Assembly (NCBI GenBank): GCA_964389025.1
Contig: CAYMCQ010000006.1
Span: 2,340-66,339 of the forward strand
Source of the DNA: an uncultured Verrucomicrobiota bacterium
GTDB lineage: Bacteria > Verrucomicrobiota > Verrucomicrobiia > Limisphaerales > CAYMCQ01
Direction of reading: 5' to 3'
Length of the DNA: 64,000 nt
The translations under genes and the position numbers were made by a program. Shown here one piece after another: positions 36,001 through 47,000 of this stretch. The notes beneath the pieces were generated by a model that was given only the letters and a program-made list of their open reading frames with translations, ran no database searches and was not told where the DNA came from. How positions within the stretch are numbered: position 1 is the first letter of the stretch; every line of letters begins with the position of its first letter.

Positions 36001-39000
36001 GGACTTGAGGAACGGGCGGCAGTTTGGCGAGCCGTTCGTGGATTTCCTCCACTGTGATCGTGCGAACGGTTGACGCCTGTGTCGTCGAATTCAGCGACAA
36101 ATGGTAGCTGGACACGAACGGCTCAACTACGCGGGCGCGGGCGTCGAACGGGCATACGATGAGCAGTTGTAGATGAAATTCGGCGAAGAGGCGGAGGGCG
36201 TAGCGAGAATTCGCTTCGTCGCAACGGGCGAACATTTCGTCCACGACCACGAATCGGAACGATTTGGGATTCTCCGAGTCTTTGGAAATACCGTACTGAT
36301 AGGCGATGGCCGACGCCAGAATGGTGAACGCGAGTTTTGCCTTCTGGCCTCCAGATTTGCCGCCTGTGTCGCTGTAATAATTTTCCTGCCCGTTGTCCTC
36401 GCGACGGAGTTCTTCGACGGCGAACGTCAACCAGTTGCGCGTGTCGGTCACTTTTGCCGCCCAATCCGGTTTCTCCCGGATGCGATTGATGAGGTCGCTG
36501 ATGCGGCGGAATGCGCTCTCGCGGGCCGCCGCGTCTGCGTTTAGTCCGAATTCCAGGCAGTCTTTGAGCCGCTTACGAAATTCACGGATGTCAGGGTCGT
36601 TCGAGTGATTGGCCCGAATTGTGATGTATGTCCTCGACGAATAGGGGATGCCGCGCAACGCGTCGTTCAGATGGTCCACCTTGTTCTGGATTTCCTCGCA
36701 GTGGGTTTCCAATTTGTCCTGAAACGCCGCAACGTGGGCGAGCACATCACGGCTCATCAATTCACGGAAACGTTCTTCATGGCGCGGCAGATCGTCGGCT
36801 TTGATGTTCTCGCGGAGCTTGAGAAACTCCGGGAGAAATCTTTCATCCGCCGACATATCCGTTTTCATGTCGGCGAACTCGCTCAAAAAGCTCTGCATAA
36901 ACTTCGTGGCCACCTTCGCTGCTTCGTCGCGCTTTTCCTGGATTTGCAGCATTTCCTTGCCGAGATGGGTGGTCGCCTTTTGCTGGGTGACTCCCGCTTC
37001 GGCAATCGTCAATCGCTCGCACTGCAAAGTTCTCAACAAGGCACTAAAAGGCTCGGCGAAGAGTTGGAGGTCAGGCTCTTTGTTCGACTGGAGCGTATCG
37101 TCACATTGACCGAGGTGCGTTTGATAACCTTCGCGTCTGCTTTGAAGTCCACCTTTCCTCTCAACCGCCTTGGTCTTGTCCGAGTCAACGCCCGCTATTT
37201 TTTCGCGGAGAGCCTTCAATTGCTCCTGCAATTGGCGGATTTGGTTGGAGCTTTTCTCCAATTCATCCTTCCGCGTCTGAAGCTCTTCCTTCGTCTTCGC
37301 TGCGGAACGCCAGTCGATTTCTGTAAAGAGGCGGAAGCTGGCGAGCCTTCCCGCCTGCTCCGCACGTTTCTGCGCTCTTTGTTGGCGCGTTTGCGCCTGA
37401 GAAATCAACTGTGCCTGCGTCCGCGCCTGGGATTGAAGTTCGCTCAGCGTCTCCTCTAGGCGACGGATTTTATCCAAGTTTGACCAGCCCAAAATGTGAT
37501 AACGGGGATCACGAATATCAGTGCCGTCGTCTTTGACGTGCCGGGTACCGCCGCTACGGATCAGGCCCTGTTTTGTGATGGCAAAGCCAGTGACCCGCTC
37601 GAATTCGTCCAGCGTTTCACAACAACGGTGGTTGAATTGATTCCGCAGTTCGGATTCCACCCACAGAATGAGCGGGTGACCATCCTTGAGTTTCATCTTC
37701 TCAATGACTCGCCCCTGGTCGGAACCCCGAGACACAGCGGGAACTTGCGCAGGGACTCGGTGATAAACGACACGACGGCGAAGGTTGTTGTCGTTGATGA
37801 AACGATTAACGCGTGAGTAGATGCGATCCGGAACGAGGATGGACAGGCCAAATCCACGCAGCAGCCGCTCCAAAGCCCCCCGCCACTCAGCGTTGTACTC
37901 GTCTCGCACATCCATCAATTCACCGGTGAATGGGAGATCGCCCACGCTGACGCTCGCCCCGCGCGCGATGAATTCTCGCAACTGTCGTTCGCCTTCGGGA
38001 ATCAGATCGGGTCGGTTGCGCAAGGAATTAAGCTCGCGATCAACTTCGTCCACCTTCCCCTTCAACTGCTTGAGTTGCTCGCCTGCGGCTGCCATTTCTG
38101 CCGCCGCGCCCGTGATGACCCCGGTCTGCGCCTCGCGCTCTGTTTCAGCCCAAGCCTGTCGCTCAATGAAGCGCCGCTCCTCAAGCACTTCCTCGGTGAT
38201 TCCCAATTCTTTGAGCGAACTGTGATACTGCCTCGAAAGCGCCTTGCGGTTGTTTTCCTGGGAGTTTGCCGTTTCCAGTTCCTCCTGAACCTTGGCCAAC
38301 TGTTTGCCGACTTCGTCACTCTCGATTGCCTGCTGTATCGAGAATTTGTCCTTTTCCAACGTCTCCAACTGCTGCTTGAAATTTTCGATTTGTTGCTCAA
38401 GGGCAGCGATTTCGTCTGCCAAGCCGGTGATTTCCGTTTGCAGCAGCGCCTTCAGCCGCAATGCAAAACACGCTGGTAAAGCATCGTTGAATCTCGCCGC
38501 CTCGTTGAGCTTTGTCTGGTGGATTTCAATCTCGGCCGCCTTGTCTGCAACCGGCTGGAGAAAGTCCAGTTGCTTTCGAGCGCGTTGAATGGCGTCCCAG
38601 CATTTCGTCAGGTCCTCGTAGTGTTGCTCAAGGCGCTCCATCAATTCCTTTGTGTCGAGACGTTCAAGCATGTGGTCGCGGATGAACGTGCTGACGTGTG
38701 TGATTTCCTTGATGGCGACGGTCTGGCTGAACAAAGCGAGCGTGGTCGTTGATTCCATCCGCAGGTAACGGACGGCCTTTTCCGCGTAATCGTTGAAACT
38801 GTCTTCGACCTCAAAGCCGCGCTGCCGGAGAGCCTTTTTCCACGTCTTGGATTCCTGCAATCCGCCAAAGTCGCCTTGGATCGAGCGCTCGCTTCGGGCG
38901 ATGAGAAAGAGCTTCCGCACGTCATCATCCTGCACCCAGAGGATTTGACCAAGGCTCACGGCCTCGCCCGTGGTTTCATTCTGGAAACTGGCCAAGAGAA

Positions 39001-39355
39001 TTGTTGGAGGCGAACCCGGCTTGCGAAGGAACTTGATTTGCGCACGGCTTTCCTCCGTGCCGCTCTCGCTGCCGTAAGCGCCGAGGACGTATGTGCGTTC
39101 ATCTCGCTCACGCTTCTTCACTCCGCCGGCTGAAAGGTTGTAGTTCCGTTTGACGCGCGGCACGAGAAGCGTCAAGAGCGCGTCCACAAGGGTTGATTTT
39201 CCACTGCCATTTTCACCAATCAGCAAGGCGGTCGCCCCGAGAGGATCGAGAATGTGAATCTTCCCGTCGAACGTGCCCCAATTCCGCACCTCCAGGCGAT
39301 GCAGGCGAAATCCCGGCTGTATCGCCGTGCTATTGGTTATCGCGCGCGCTGACAT
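35987..39355 (-). CDS. jetC: Wadjet JetC (SMC-like ATPase)
   Basis: Walker A GENGSGKSTLVDALLTLL, a long coiled coil, and C-terminal GGQKAKLAF...FVVVDEMF. Confidence 0.85.
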   Translation of the reverse strand: MSARAITNSTAIQPGFRLHRLEVRNWGTFDGKIHILDPLGATALLIGENGSGKSTLVDALLTLLVPRVKRNYNLSAGGVKKRERDERTYVLGAYGSESGTEESRAQIKFLRKPGSPPTILLASFQNETTGEAVSLGQILWVQDDDVRKLFLIARSERSIQGDFGGLQESKTWKKALRQRGFEVEDSFNDYAEKAVRYLRMESTTTLALFSQTVAIKEITHVSTFIRDHMLERLDTKELMERLEQHYEDLTKCWDAIQRARKQLDFLQPVADKAAEIEIHQTKLNEAARFNDALPACFALRLKALLQTEITGLADEIAALEQQIENFKQQLETLEKDKFSIQQAIESDEVGKQLAKVQEELETANSQENNRKALSRQYHSSLKELGITEEVLEERRFIERQAWAETEREAQTGVITGAAAEMAAAGEQLKQLKGKVDEVDRELNSLRNRPDLIPEGERQLREFIARGASVSVGDLPFTGELMDVRDEYNAEWRGALERLLRGFGLSILVPDRIYSRVNRFINDNNLRRRVVYHRVPAQVPAVSRGSDQGRVIEKMKLKDGHPLILWVESELRNQFNHRCCETLDEFERVTGFAITKQGLIRSGGTRHVKDDGTDIRDPRYHILGWSNLDKIRRLEETLSELQSQARTQAQLISQAQTRQQRAQKRAEQAGRLASFRLFTEIDWRSAAKTKEELQTRKDELEKSSNQIRQLQEQLKALREKIAGVDSDKTKAVERKGGLQSRREGYQTHLGQCDDTLQSNKEPDLQLFAEPFSALLRTLQCERLTIAEAGVTQQKATTHLGKEMLQIQEKRDEAAKVATKFMQSFLSEFADMKTDMSADERFLPEFLKLRENIKADDLPRHEERFRELMSRDVLAHVAAFQDKLETHCEEIQNKVDHLNDALRGIPYSSRTYITIRANHSNDPDIREFRKRLKDCLEFGLNADAAARESAFRRISDLINRIREKPDWAAKVTDTRNWLTFAVEELRREDNGQENYYSDTGGKSGGQKAKLAFTILASAIAYQYGISKDSENPKSFRFVVVDEMFARCDEANSRYALRLFAEFHLQLLIVCPFDARARVVEPFVSSYHLSLNSTTQASTVRTITVEEIHERLAKLPPVPQVHAVA

Positions 39356-39920
39356 GGTTTTGAAGTTGGTCGCGAAGTTCCTTTAACACTTCGACGGGGA
39401 AACGGGCTTTGACTATGCGGCGGACTTCGTAACGCTCCTCGCCCTCCGTCGCCGGAAGTTTGCGGACCAGCCCCATTTCCTCAGCCTTGTTGAGCGCGGC
39501 TTCGAGGCGCTTGTCCGCTCGGATTTCATCCGTCGTTTCAGGGAAAAATGGAGCGGCAAGTTGCAGAATGTCGTCCTTCCGAATAACGAGCTTGGTTTCG
39601 TCGTGTATCTTTTCGTCAAACTGAAGCAATTGTTCCCGCAAGATAACGCCGACAATCGCCACGCCCTTCGTGAGTTTATCCCTGCGAAAGAGTCGTGGAA
39701 TTCCGCTACCGTCTTCGCTGTCGGCCTGTTTCAGATAACCAAAGCCATCCTGCTCGTGGACGACGAGTTCCAAGCCGATTTCCCGGAAGTAATTTTCGAT
39801 GTGCGACTGATACCGCAGCAATGTTGCCCAGAGGTCCGCATCTTCGGAATACACAGCGTCCTGAAGCAGGCGGACTTTCACGGCTGCCGAAGGAAATGAT
39901 TTGGCTGGAGCAGGCGTCAT
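39330..39920 (-). CDS. jetB: Wadjet JetB (DUF4194-like)
   Basis: 196 aa, overlapped by jetA and jetC in the canonical order. Confidence 0.75.
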   Translation of the reverse strand: MTPAPAKSFPSAAVKVRLLQDAVYSEDADLWATLLRYQSHIENYFREIGLELVVHEQDGFGYLKQADSEDGSGIPRLFRRDKLTKGVAIVGVILREQLLQFDEKIHDETKLVIRKDDILQLAAPFFPETTDEIRADKRLEAALNKAEEMGLVRKLPATEGEERYEVRRIVKARFPVEVLKELRDQLQNHVSARDNQ

Positions 39921-41353
39921 GTGTTGGAAAAGACCACTCGTGGCACTCGAAAACGGCGGTCAGGCGTATCAGCGAGTTCAATCAAGTCAAACTCGTCGAA
40001 AATGATGTGTGGCCCGTCTCCCTCGGCGATGACGAGGTAAGCGAGAACTTCAAGGATTCCGTTGCGGGGAGGATACGCCGACAACAGTTCAGGCAGCGAA
40101 ACCTGGACGCGCGTCTGCAAGAACTCCTGAATGTTGGCCCGCAGTTTGTCGAAATCCACTGGATGCAGCCGCAGGAACGCTTCAAGCGCCGCCTGATAAT
40201 CACCGCCCTCGTCAATCTGCAAGTCGCCGCCAAACTCAACGACAGTGGGTGGCGACCACAGAGCTTTCGACATCAACGAACCCAACGCCATTGCTCCGTC
40301 CATCGCCATCAACTCTTCATGGGCCGGTAAAGCGCGCGTTTGATGGGCAAGGCTCTTGATCTCCTGGAGCAACCTGCCGACCTCTTTGCGTTCCGCAGAC
40401 TCGCGGATGTCGAGGATTCGCCGGAGCTGCGCGACCAGTCGTTCGTTGGAAGCCAGCACCTTTGCGCCTTCGACCCGAAGATTCAGTTGCAGCCCGCGCA
40501 ACATAATGTCGGCACGCAGTTGTTCGGACAGTTCCTCAAGCTGGTAAACTCTCTCGACCAATTCGTTGAACTCCCGGCGGCGTTCCGACGCGAGCAGGAA
40601 GTCCCAAAAGGCGTAGAAGCTTTGCCCCTGACTCGACTCGCGCAGCCTATCCTGTGAATCAAGCGTCTGGCTGACGATGCCTCCGCGAGTGGCCGCAGCG
40701 TCGGTCTGCCGAACGATGATTTCCTCCGTGACTGTCCGAAAATGACGTTCGACCTCCCGGAAATCGCCGAGCAATTGCCGCGCGATTTCCAGCAGGTTTT
40801 GAAATCGCTCATTGATTTGGGTCGCACTGTAAACCGGCACAACTCCCGTGCGCTCGATCTCCTCAATTTGCTGTTGCAGGCGTGCTTGCTCCGCCCGCAG
40901 TCGTTGAATTCGAACATCCGGCTCTCTCGTCGCATTCTCCACAATCTCCGCCAGTGTGCTGGCAAGGCTCTTGAACTTGGACTCCGTACCGACGTGCGGG
41001 CGGGGTTTCATTGAATCCAGCCATTGGAATACGCGCTCGATCTCAGGCGTGAGTTCGTAAGCCGGCTCATCCGAATCGGCAGGCTGGAACCGATGAACGT
41101 ATGCATGGTTGGAATCAGCCCATTCGGTGAGGTAATCCTTCGCCGGCTTCTCGCTTACGAAATCACCGCTGTCGCGCAATTCCTCCACCTCGGCCTCAAG
41201 CAATGCGCGTAAGCGACTCTCAGGCACAATCGGGTGATGCTCGTGCTTGAACGCGGCGAACAGCACCGCCAACACAAGCGGCGCGTTCTCCGCGCGAAGC
41301 AGACGGAGCGTCGGCGATTGCTCGAACTGCAACTGCAAATCTGTGAGGTTCAC
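39917..41353 (-). CDS. jetA: Wadjet JetA (DUF3375-like kleisin-type subunit)
   Basis: 478 aa, first gene of the jetABCD order. 4-nt overlap with jetB. Confidence 0.75.
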   Translation of the reverse strand: MNLTDLQLQFEQSPTLRLLRAENAPLVLAVLFAAFKHEHHPIVPESRLRALLEAEVEELRDSGDFVSEKPAKDYLTEWADSNHAYVHRFQPADSDEPAYELTPEIERVFQWLDSMKPRPHVGTESKFKSLASTLAEIVENATREPDVRIQRLRAEQARLQQQIEEIERTGVVPVYSATQINERFQNLLEIARQLLGDFREVERHFRTVTEEIIVRQTDAAATRGGIVSQTLDSQDRLRESSQGQSFYAFWDFLLASERRREFNELVERVYQLEELSEQLRADIMLRGLQLNLRVEGAKVLASNERLVAQLRRILDIRESAERKEVGRLLQEIKSLAHQTRALPAHEELMAMDGAMALGSLMSKALWSPPTVVEFGGDLQIDEGGDYQAALEAFLRLHPVDFDKLRANIQEFLQTRVQVSLPELLSAYPPRNGILEVLAYLVIAEGDGPHIIFDEFDLIELADTPDRRFRVPRVVFSNT

Positions 41354-41484
41354 GATGTTTGTTGCCGCGGCCTGTTCCCCATTAAGGTTTTCAGACTACG
41401 CGAGAAGGAATACCAAAACCGGACGGACAAATACAGTCCAACCCTTTTAGTTTGATGGGACGAGCGGGGCGCAAGTCGGGGGGA

Positions 41485-41526
41485 TCTGACGATTCCCGAA
41501 AGCCGTCTGACGGTTATCTGACGATT
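41485..41526. promoter_or_regulatory. Three phased direct repeats tctgacg(a/g)tt upstream of jetA
   Basis: Copies at 41485, 41506 and 41517 (spacing 21 and 11 nt), 130-175 nt upstream of the jetA start. Confidence 0.3.
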
Positions 41527-41554
41527 ACCGGCGAGGAGGTAGCGGGTCTTCCGG

Positions 41555-42028
41555 TCAATCCGGCATTCCCGAACGAAGATAAAACAGCGATGCCCAAAGG
41601 CGACCGGTTTCGCCTTTGCTGATGATGTCAGCCGGGGTGCGTCCTTCAAATTCCTCCATCTCAGTAAGCAACCACGGGCCGATTTCTTCCGGCCTCATCA
41701 ACTGCTTGAGTTCGTTGAAGACGCTCTGAATTTCACGAAGCTTCGCGGCGTAAACGGGGCTGCTGGGGTCGCCAGCCTCCCAATTGACGATAGCGCGGTC
41801 CGAGGCGTTCATCACGTGGGCAAGTTGATTACGACTCCAGCCCAGAGCGGCTCGCAAGTTGGCAAGCGTCAGCTTCTCGGACTTCTTGCCGTCCGCAGCG
41901 GCTTCCTCGATGGCCGCGTTGATTTCTTGAAGCTTGGCAAAAAGCTTCTCGCGCTCCTTTACTAAACCCCGCTTGGCTTGGGACGCTCTGACCGGCCGCT
42001 CTTTGACTGCTGCGCTCATGGAATACAT
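41555..42028 (-). CDS. Xre/ParS/MbcA-type antitoxin (HTH plus DUF2384-like toxin-binding domain)
   Basis: LANLRAALGWSRNQLAHVMNASDRAIVNWE (HTH). C-terminus WLLTEMEEFEGRTPADIISKGETGRLWASL is typical of DUF2384. Confidence 0.65.
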   Translation of the reverse strand: MYSMSAAVKERPVRASQAKRGLVKEREKLFAKLQEINAAIEEAAADGKKSEKLTLANLRAALGWSRNQLAHVMNASDRAIVNWEAGDPSSPVYAAKLREIQSVFNELKQLMRPEEIGPWLLTEMEEFEGRTPADIISKGETGRLWASLFYLRSGMPD

Positions 42029-42351
42029 ATCGGCGGGATAATGAAGTATTTCAAGAAGTATTTCAATACTATCGGCTTCAACGCCGGAGCACCCAGCGAC
42101 TCAGGCGGTGTCAGCTTCTGCGGAAAAATGATGATGTTCCTTCCGCCCGGCAGTGCTTGCGAAGGGGCGATCAGGCCGGAAAAACATACCTCTTTGATTG
42201 CCCGGCCAATTGCCTGAGACACAGCTTCGCGCCGGTCCTGAATCGCCCGCCAATGAATTTTATCCGTCGCGAGCAGCGGGTTGACAACTGCCGCAATCTC
42301 GGCGTCCGTCGTGTCCAAGAGATTCGCGGCTTTGACTTTCACCCAAGCCAT
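42016..42351 (-). pseudogene. 5'-truncated RES-domain toxin remnant
   Basis: Only the C-terminal RES-like part is present (SGLIAPSQALPGGRNIIIFPQKL). The N-terminal Arg/Glu region is missing. Confidence 0.45.
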
Positions 42352-42397
42352 AACCTACTCATCAGACTGGCAGTCGCGTCCGGCAGTTGCTACCTAA

Positions 42398-42760
42398 GTG
42401 AACCAGATGAAGAGCACCAAACCTCGCGACAAACAACTGGGAAAACTCGAACTCAATGAGGCGTTGAGGCGGCGACGTCTCGACCAAGCCTTGAATATTA
42501 AACTGTTCGCTCTCGCCGCCGGCATCTCATACAGCTTGGCCCGCGACCTTTTCCGCCAGCCTGGTTTTCCTGCCGTCTGCGGCGTCGTTTTCTGGAGCGA
42601 TTTCGTCGAATGGCGACACGCTCGAACCGGCCTAACGGCCCTTAAGGAGAGCGCTTCTCGGACTGCACGCCCAGACGACCGGCCTCAGCCCCAGACCCAC
42701 TCGTCCCTGCTCAAAGATCTCCCGCCGAAGGCCGCTCGAATCTTGGCCGAGTGCGGCTAA
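42398..42760 (+). CDS. Hypothetical protein of the integration module (possible HTH)
   Basis: 120-aa ORF with an alternative ATG at 42407. No firm motif. Confidence 0.35.
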   Translation: MNQMKSTKPRDKQLGKLELNEALRRRRLDQALNIKLFALAAGISYSLARDLFRQPGFPAVCGVVFWSDFVEWRHARTGLTALKESASRTARPDDRPQPQTHSSLLKDLPPKAARILAECG

Positions 42761-42922
42761 ACTCCCGGGCCACGGGTGGATTATCCGCGAAATGTTTCCG
42801 CAGAGATAGTATCACAAATCACGCTTCTTGGGGGGAGATACCTGGCACGACACGCTCCGGCCAATTTCCGTCAACGTGTGTTGTTCCGGCGGCTGCCTCT
42901 TGCGAAATGACCCCGAGACGAT

Positions 42923-43132
42923 TCAAGCAGTAACAAGCAACGCATCGAGATCTGGGGCGTAATAGCGGCGTTCCATTCTGGTGTTATCACCGAGCTTCAA
43001 ATATTTCCAACGCACCTTGCCAATGACAGGCTCATTCTGCCATTCGGTCGCTCGCCGGCCCAGGGTGTCATTGGATACGTCGAGGTATTCTGCTGCGCCT
43101 GAAAGTGAGAGCCACATTCCATTCGAGTTCAT
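42923..43132 (-). CDS. AlpA/excisionase-like HTH DNA-binding protein
   Basis: WLSLSGAAEYLDVSNDTLGRRA...WKYLKLG is MerR/HTH_17-like. Start set at MNSNG (43132). Confidence 0.5.
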   Translation of the reverse strand: MNSNGMWLSLSGAAEYLDVSNDTLGRRATEWQNEPVIGKVRWKYLKLGDNTRMERRYYAPDLDALLVTA

Positions 43133-43287
43133 TCGTTTCCTCAGTATAAAACACAAAGGGTCACTTTTCTCCTCGTCGTGAATTTCCCATGGTCTGCATT
43201 TGGAGTGTTAAGTTTGCGTCGGATTGCGCGCGGTCGATCACTTCGAGCCTCCACGGCACGCCTCCATATAATGGATTGTGAGAACAG

Positions 43288-43824
43288 GTGGTTTCCCGGC
43301 TGCTCGGCCGAAATCAACCCACTCAATCGGAATTACACGGCATGCAAAAGTCGCAGAGAGAAAAAGCCGCGCTTCGGCAACTGAAGACGGAGGAAACTGA
43401 ACTACAGCTTCGGCTGACCCAGATCAGGAAAGCCCTTGCAGTCTTGGAAGGCACTCGGTCCGAGCCAACGCCGACGCGACCAGAGTGTCGTGCGGACCTC
43501 CTGCGAAAGTACTTGGTCGAACACCCGGAGGGTGTCCGCCTCAAGGACGTTCCAGCCGTGCTCCATGCAATAGGACATGTGAGCTTTGCGGGCCATCCGA
43601 CGACGAATTGGCTGTATCAGCTCAAACCGGAAAAGGCTTACTTTGTAATCAAGGACGGAGTTGTGACTTTGCGCGTGGGATGCAGCAACGGCGCACAAGT
43701 CGGTTCTATGGACCTTTTCCAAGTTGCTTTTGATAATAACCCGAAGCCCACCGAACAACCACCAGCCAAAGCCCCTATCACTTGTGCTGGCCATGAAGAT
43801 AACAATCTCACCGATGCAGCGTGA
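43288..43824 (+). CDS. Hypothetical protein
   Basis: 178-aa ORF with an alternative start at 43342 (MQKSQ). No motif recognised. Confidence 0.4.
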   Translation: MVSRLLGRNQPTQSELHGMQKSQREKAALRQLKTEETELQLRLTQIRKALAVLEGTRSEPTPTRPECRADLLRKYLVEHPEGVRLKDVPAVLHAIGHVSFAGHPTTNWLYQLKPEKAYFVIKDGVVTLRVGCSNGAQVGSMDLFQVAFDNNPKPTEQPPAKAPITCAGHEDNNLTDAA

Positions 43825-44058
43825 CCAAAACAGATGGAGCGGCGGCAACAGCAGGCGGCAAGCACCGCTTCAACAGACTGTGCAACAGGGATTTAGCAGG
43901 CTCGTGAATACCGACAATTTGGATACTCACGATTGACATAGGTATGCGATCAAACACGAATAGTTTGCCGGAATCGGCATTTTCCGAAGCAAAACCGAGA
44001 ATTCTGTTACGGCGAATACGTATTTGCATACCAAACAAATTGTTGAGTTCAAGGCGGC

Positions 44059-47000
44059 ATGGGCCGTCCGCGCCGTATCGCGGCGGCAATAACGGCGGCA
44101 ATACGCTTTGAATCCCCGGATATGAAACGCAGCGGTCCAGCAAAAGTCCTGTCGCCTGAGGAACTCACGGACTTGGCTTCCCTCGTCGGCAAGCTCCAGA
44201 AATCGGAAGACGCAGTTTCCCGCTATCTGATGAGCCGCCTGACGGATCATACTCGCGAGCTGCTGGTCGCGAACACGGCCAATGGGTCGGACCAGATATT
44301 GCGCCGGGCGCTGGCGAAGGAGTTGTGTGCGATCATCGAGGGTGAATCAATTTTCGAGTCGGAGCGATTCGCTGCCGTTACCTTGTCGCCAAAAACCCTC
44401 AACTGCGTCGGCAGGTCCTTGAATGGGCAGCCGCTGATGCGTTTTAATCGGCTGCTTTTGGAAGACGCTTACCCGCGCGAAATAGCGCAGCGACTCAACG
44501 AAGGGAAAAAGCAGAAGCGGATTTATGTCGGGCGCAACCTGTTTCGCATCGAGGGGGTAAAGGGCATCTACGCCAAAGTCAAAATCAAAGGCACGACGTA
44601 TAACCCCCCTCTTGGAACCGAGAACCCGGAGGAAGCGCGGGAAAGGTTCGAACAATGGGTTGTCAATAAACGGAAATCGCTGAAACAGGTGTGCGCCGGC
44701 GAAGGGACGCCCGCCAGTTATGTAGAGGCGTACCTGGCGTCCCGAAACGACGAAGTAGCACTTGGCAAGCTGAAGCCACTGACGATTACAAATCTGCGGA
44801 AGACTTACCATCGCCTTGGCCTCCACTGGGGAGATTTCACATCAATTTCTTTGGAGAAATTCTTCCAGCCGAAAACCATCGAAGGAGTTGGGAAATTTCT
44901 GCTAACCGAGGCAAGGAACACGTTCCGTCCTACGAAGTCCTTATCACCCGGATCGTACAACTCCTTCATGAGTGCCATTTCGTTGCTGCTTGGGTATTTC
45001 AAAGACCAAGGCAAGCTCGCAGAGGAGTTGTACCTGCAGCTCAGGAACAAAATCGAATATGCGAAAGTCCCTCCTCGCCAAATCCAAATGCCGACGGTTG
45101 AACAATTGAAACAGATGCGAGCCTATTTATACCAAGTTCGGCAAGGCAAGAGCTACGGCGAGACCGGAGTGAAGTTCGACGTTTACATGCTCTCAAGCCA
45201 GAGGAAGGCGACGGTCAATGCGATGAAGGTGGAACACTTCGATTTTGTCAGAAGTGAGGTTCTCCTAACCAAGCTTAAGGGCAGGGCGGGACAGCCAACA
45301 GAAGAGGTCAGGCCGATGCCGCCGGAGCTTGCCGAGATTGTGCAGCGGTACATCACAGCCCGCGGTCTTAAACAAGGCGACCCGCTCTGGAAGACACGGA
45401 ACAACAACAACGCCTTTCAAACCGCAGCAAGGGCTGTTGGACTGGACCGATGGTTCGCTCATGCGTGTCGGAAATGGTTTGGCACAACCGCACTCAAGAG
45501 GATTAGAGATCCGCTCGCCGTCTCAGACATGATGTGCCATCGAGATGGCGGGAAGACTTTGTTGAGCGCGTACCGCCAACTTTGCTCCGAGCACCTCCAA
45601 GGCGCTGCCAACACGCTCAAATTGTATCCGGGAGCCATCCCCGGCAAAAGTTTGGAGGCCGCCGCTGCGCAGGCAAAAGCGATGATTGCAAAAATTCTGA
45701 CTTCGGACGCAGAGCCGGCGGCCAGGGCGCTGGACGCAATTCTTTGGATCGAATCGAAGTTGGACAGTCGGGACTATGAGGCGTTAACACAATTGCCACG
45801 TTTGGGGCAGGAGCATCCAGCGATATACACACAGGCTCCATCGCAGGTAGTCGAAAAACCGACCCCGATGATGTTGAAGGAAAACCTGAAGTGCTTGATA
45901 GCGCTGAACGGCGTTTATCACAGCGATATTGCTGTCGCAACTGGCATTCCTCGATCCACTGTCGCGCGGGCCTGCAAGTTCGGCGACTTACAAGCGTGCT
46001 TTGTGCCGGCTGTCTGTGGATATTTTGGAGTAAGCCCGCAGCAGTTATTGACAACCGACCTGACCCGCCCAGCGGATACTTCCGAGGAGTGTCCGCGCAA
46101 GTCTGAATCGGCTCAGTTGGTGACCAATAACCAGCCGCCTCCAGCGAAGCACGAAAAAACATTTGACGACTTAGTGGTGCAGCACGACCCGGCCGCGATC
46201 GCAGAAACAATCGCCCAGAATTTGGCGGGCATGATGTTCGAACGCAATCTGACGGCCAACGGGCTTGCGATCAAAGCGGGTTTTACCTCGGCACAATGTT
46301 ACAGAATCCTCAAGAAGCAATCAGTGCCCACGCAGGACACCCTTTCAAAGCTCGCCAAGGCATTGGGTGCGACCGAGGTCGAAATACTGGATCCGGAACG
46401 AGAGAATACTGCTCCGAATCCATCTCATGTTAAGGCTAATCTGAATGCCATCATCGCGCACCACGGACTCGCGAGCAGCACGTACTTTGTGCGGTCTTGC
46501 CGCATGGATAGCAAGGCCATGCACGAGGTGCTCGCAACGGGCGACATTTCAGCCTTGCAGGCGCATCGTATCGTCCAGGCTGAGGGCGAAAACTTTTCAG
46601 TACGCCAGTTGGTAATGGAGGATATCACAGCGATGTACCCGCCGGTTCCAGTGATTGATCCTGTCGTCATCAGCAGGAATCTCAGGAGCATCTGCTGGGA
46701 ACAGGGCCTGTACCCAGCGGAGATCGCGCGACAGGCCGGCATCTCGCCAATGTCCGCAGTCGCTTACGCTGAAGGCAGGTCGCGTCGCATTGATCGCAAA
46801 TTGCTGACGGAGGTCGCGCGAGCACTTGGTATCGGTCTCGCGGAATTGGCAGATCCGGTGCGACCAGAAGTAACGGTGACGCCATTCTTCAAGACGAATC
46901 TCGAACACCTCATCAACTCATCCGGCATGGCACCGACTCCTCTGGGTGAAGCTTGCGGGATAGAATTAAGAGTTCAACGCACGCTATTAGGCGGCACAGA

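Noticed and set aside
41350-41649. 99-aa minus-strand ORF spanning the antitoxin-jetA spacer
   Set aside because: It overlaps the antitoxin gene's 3' end out of frame and otherwise covers the repeat-bearing leader. Its composition is Arg-rich junk.
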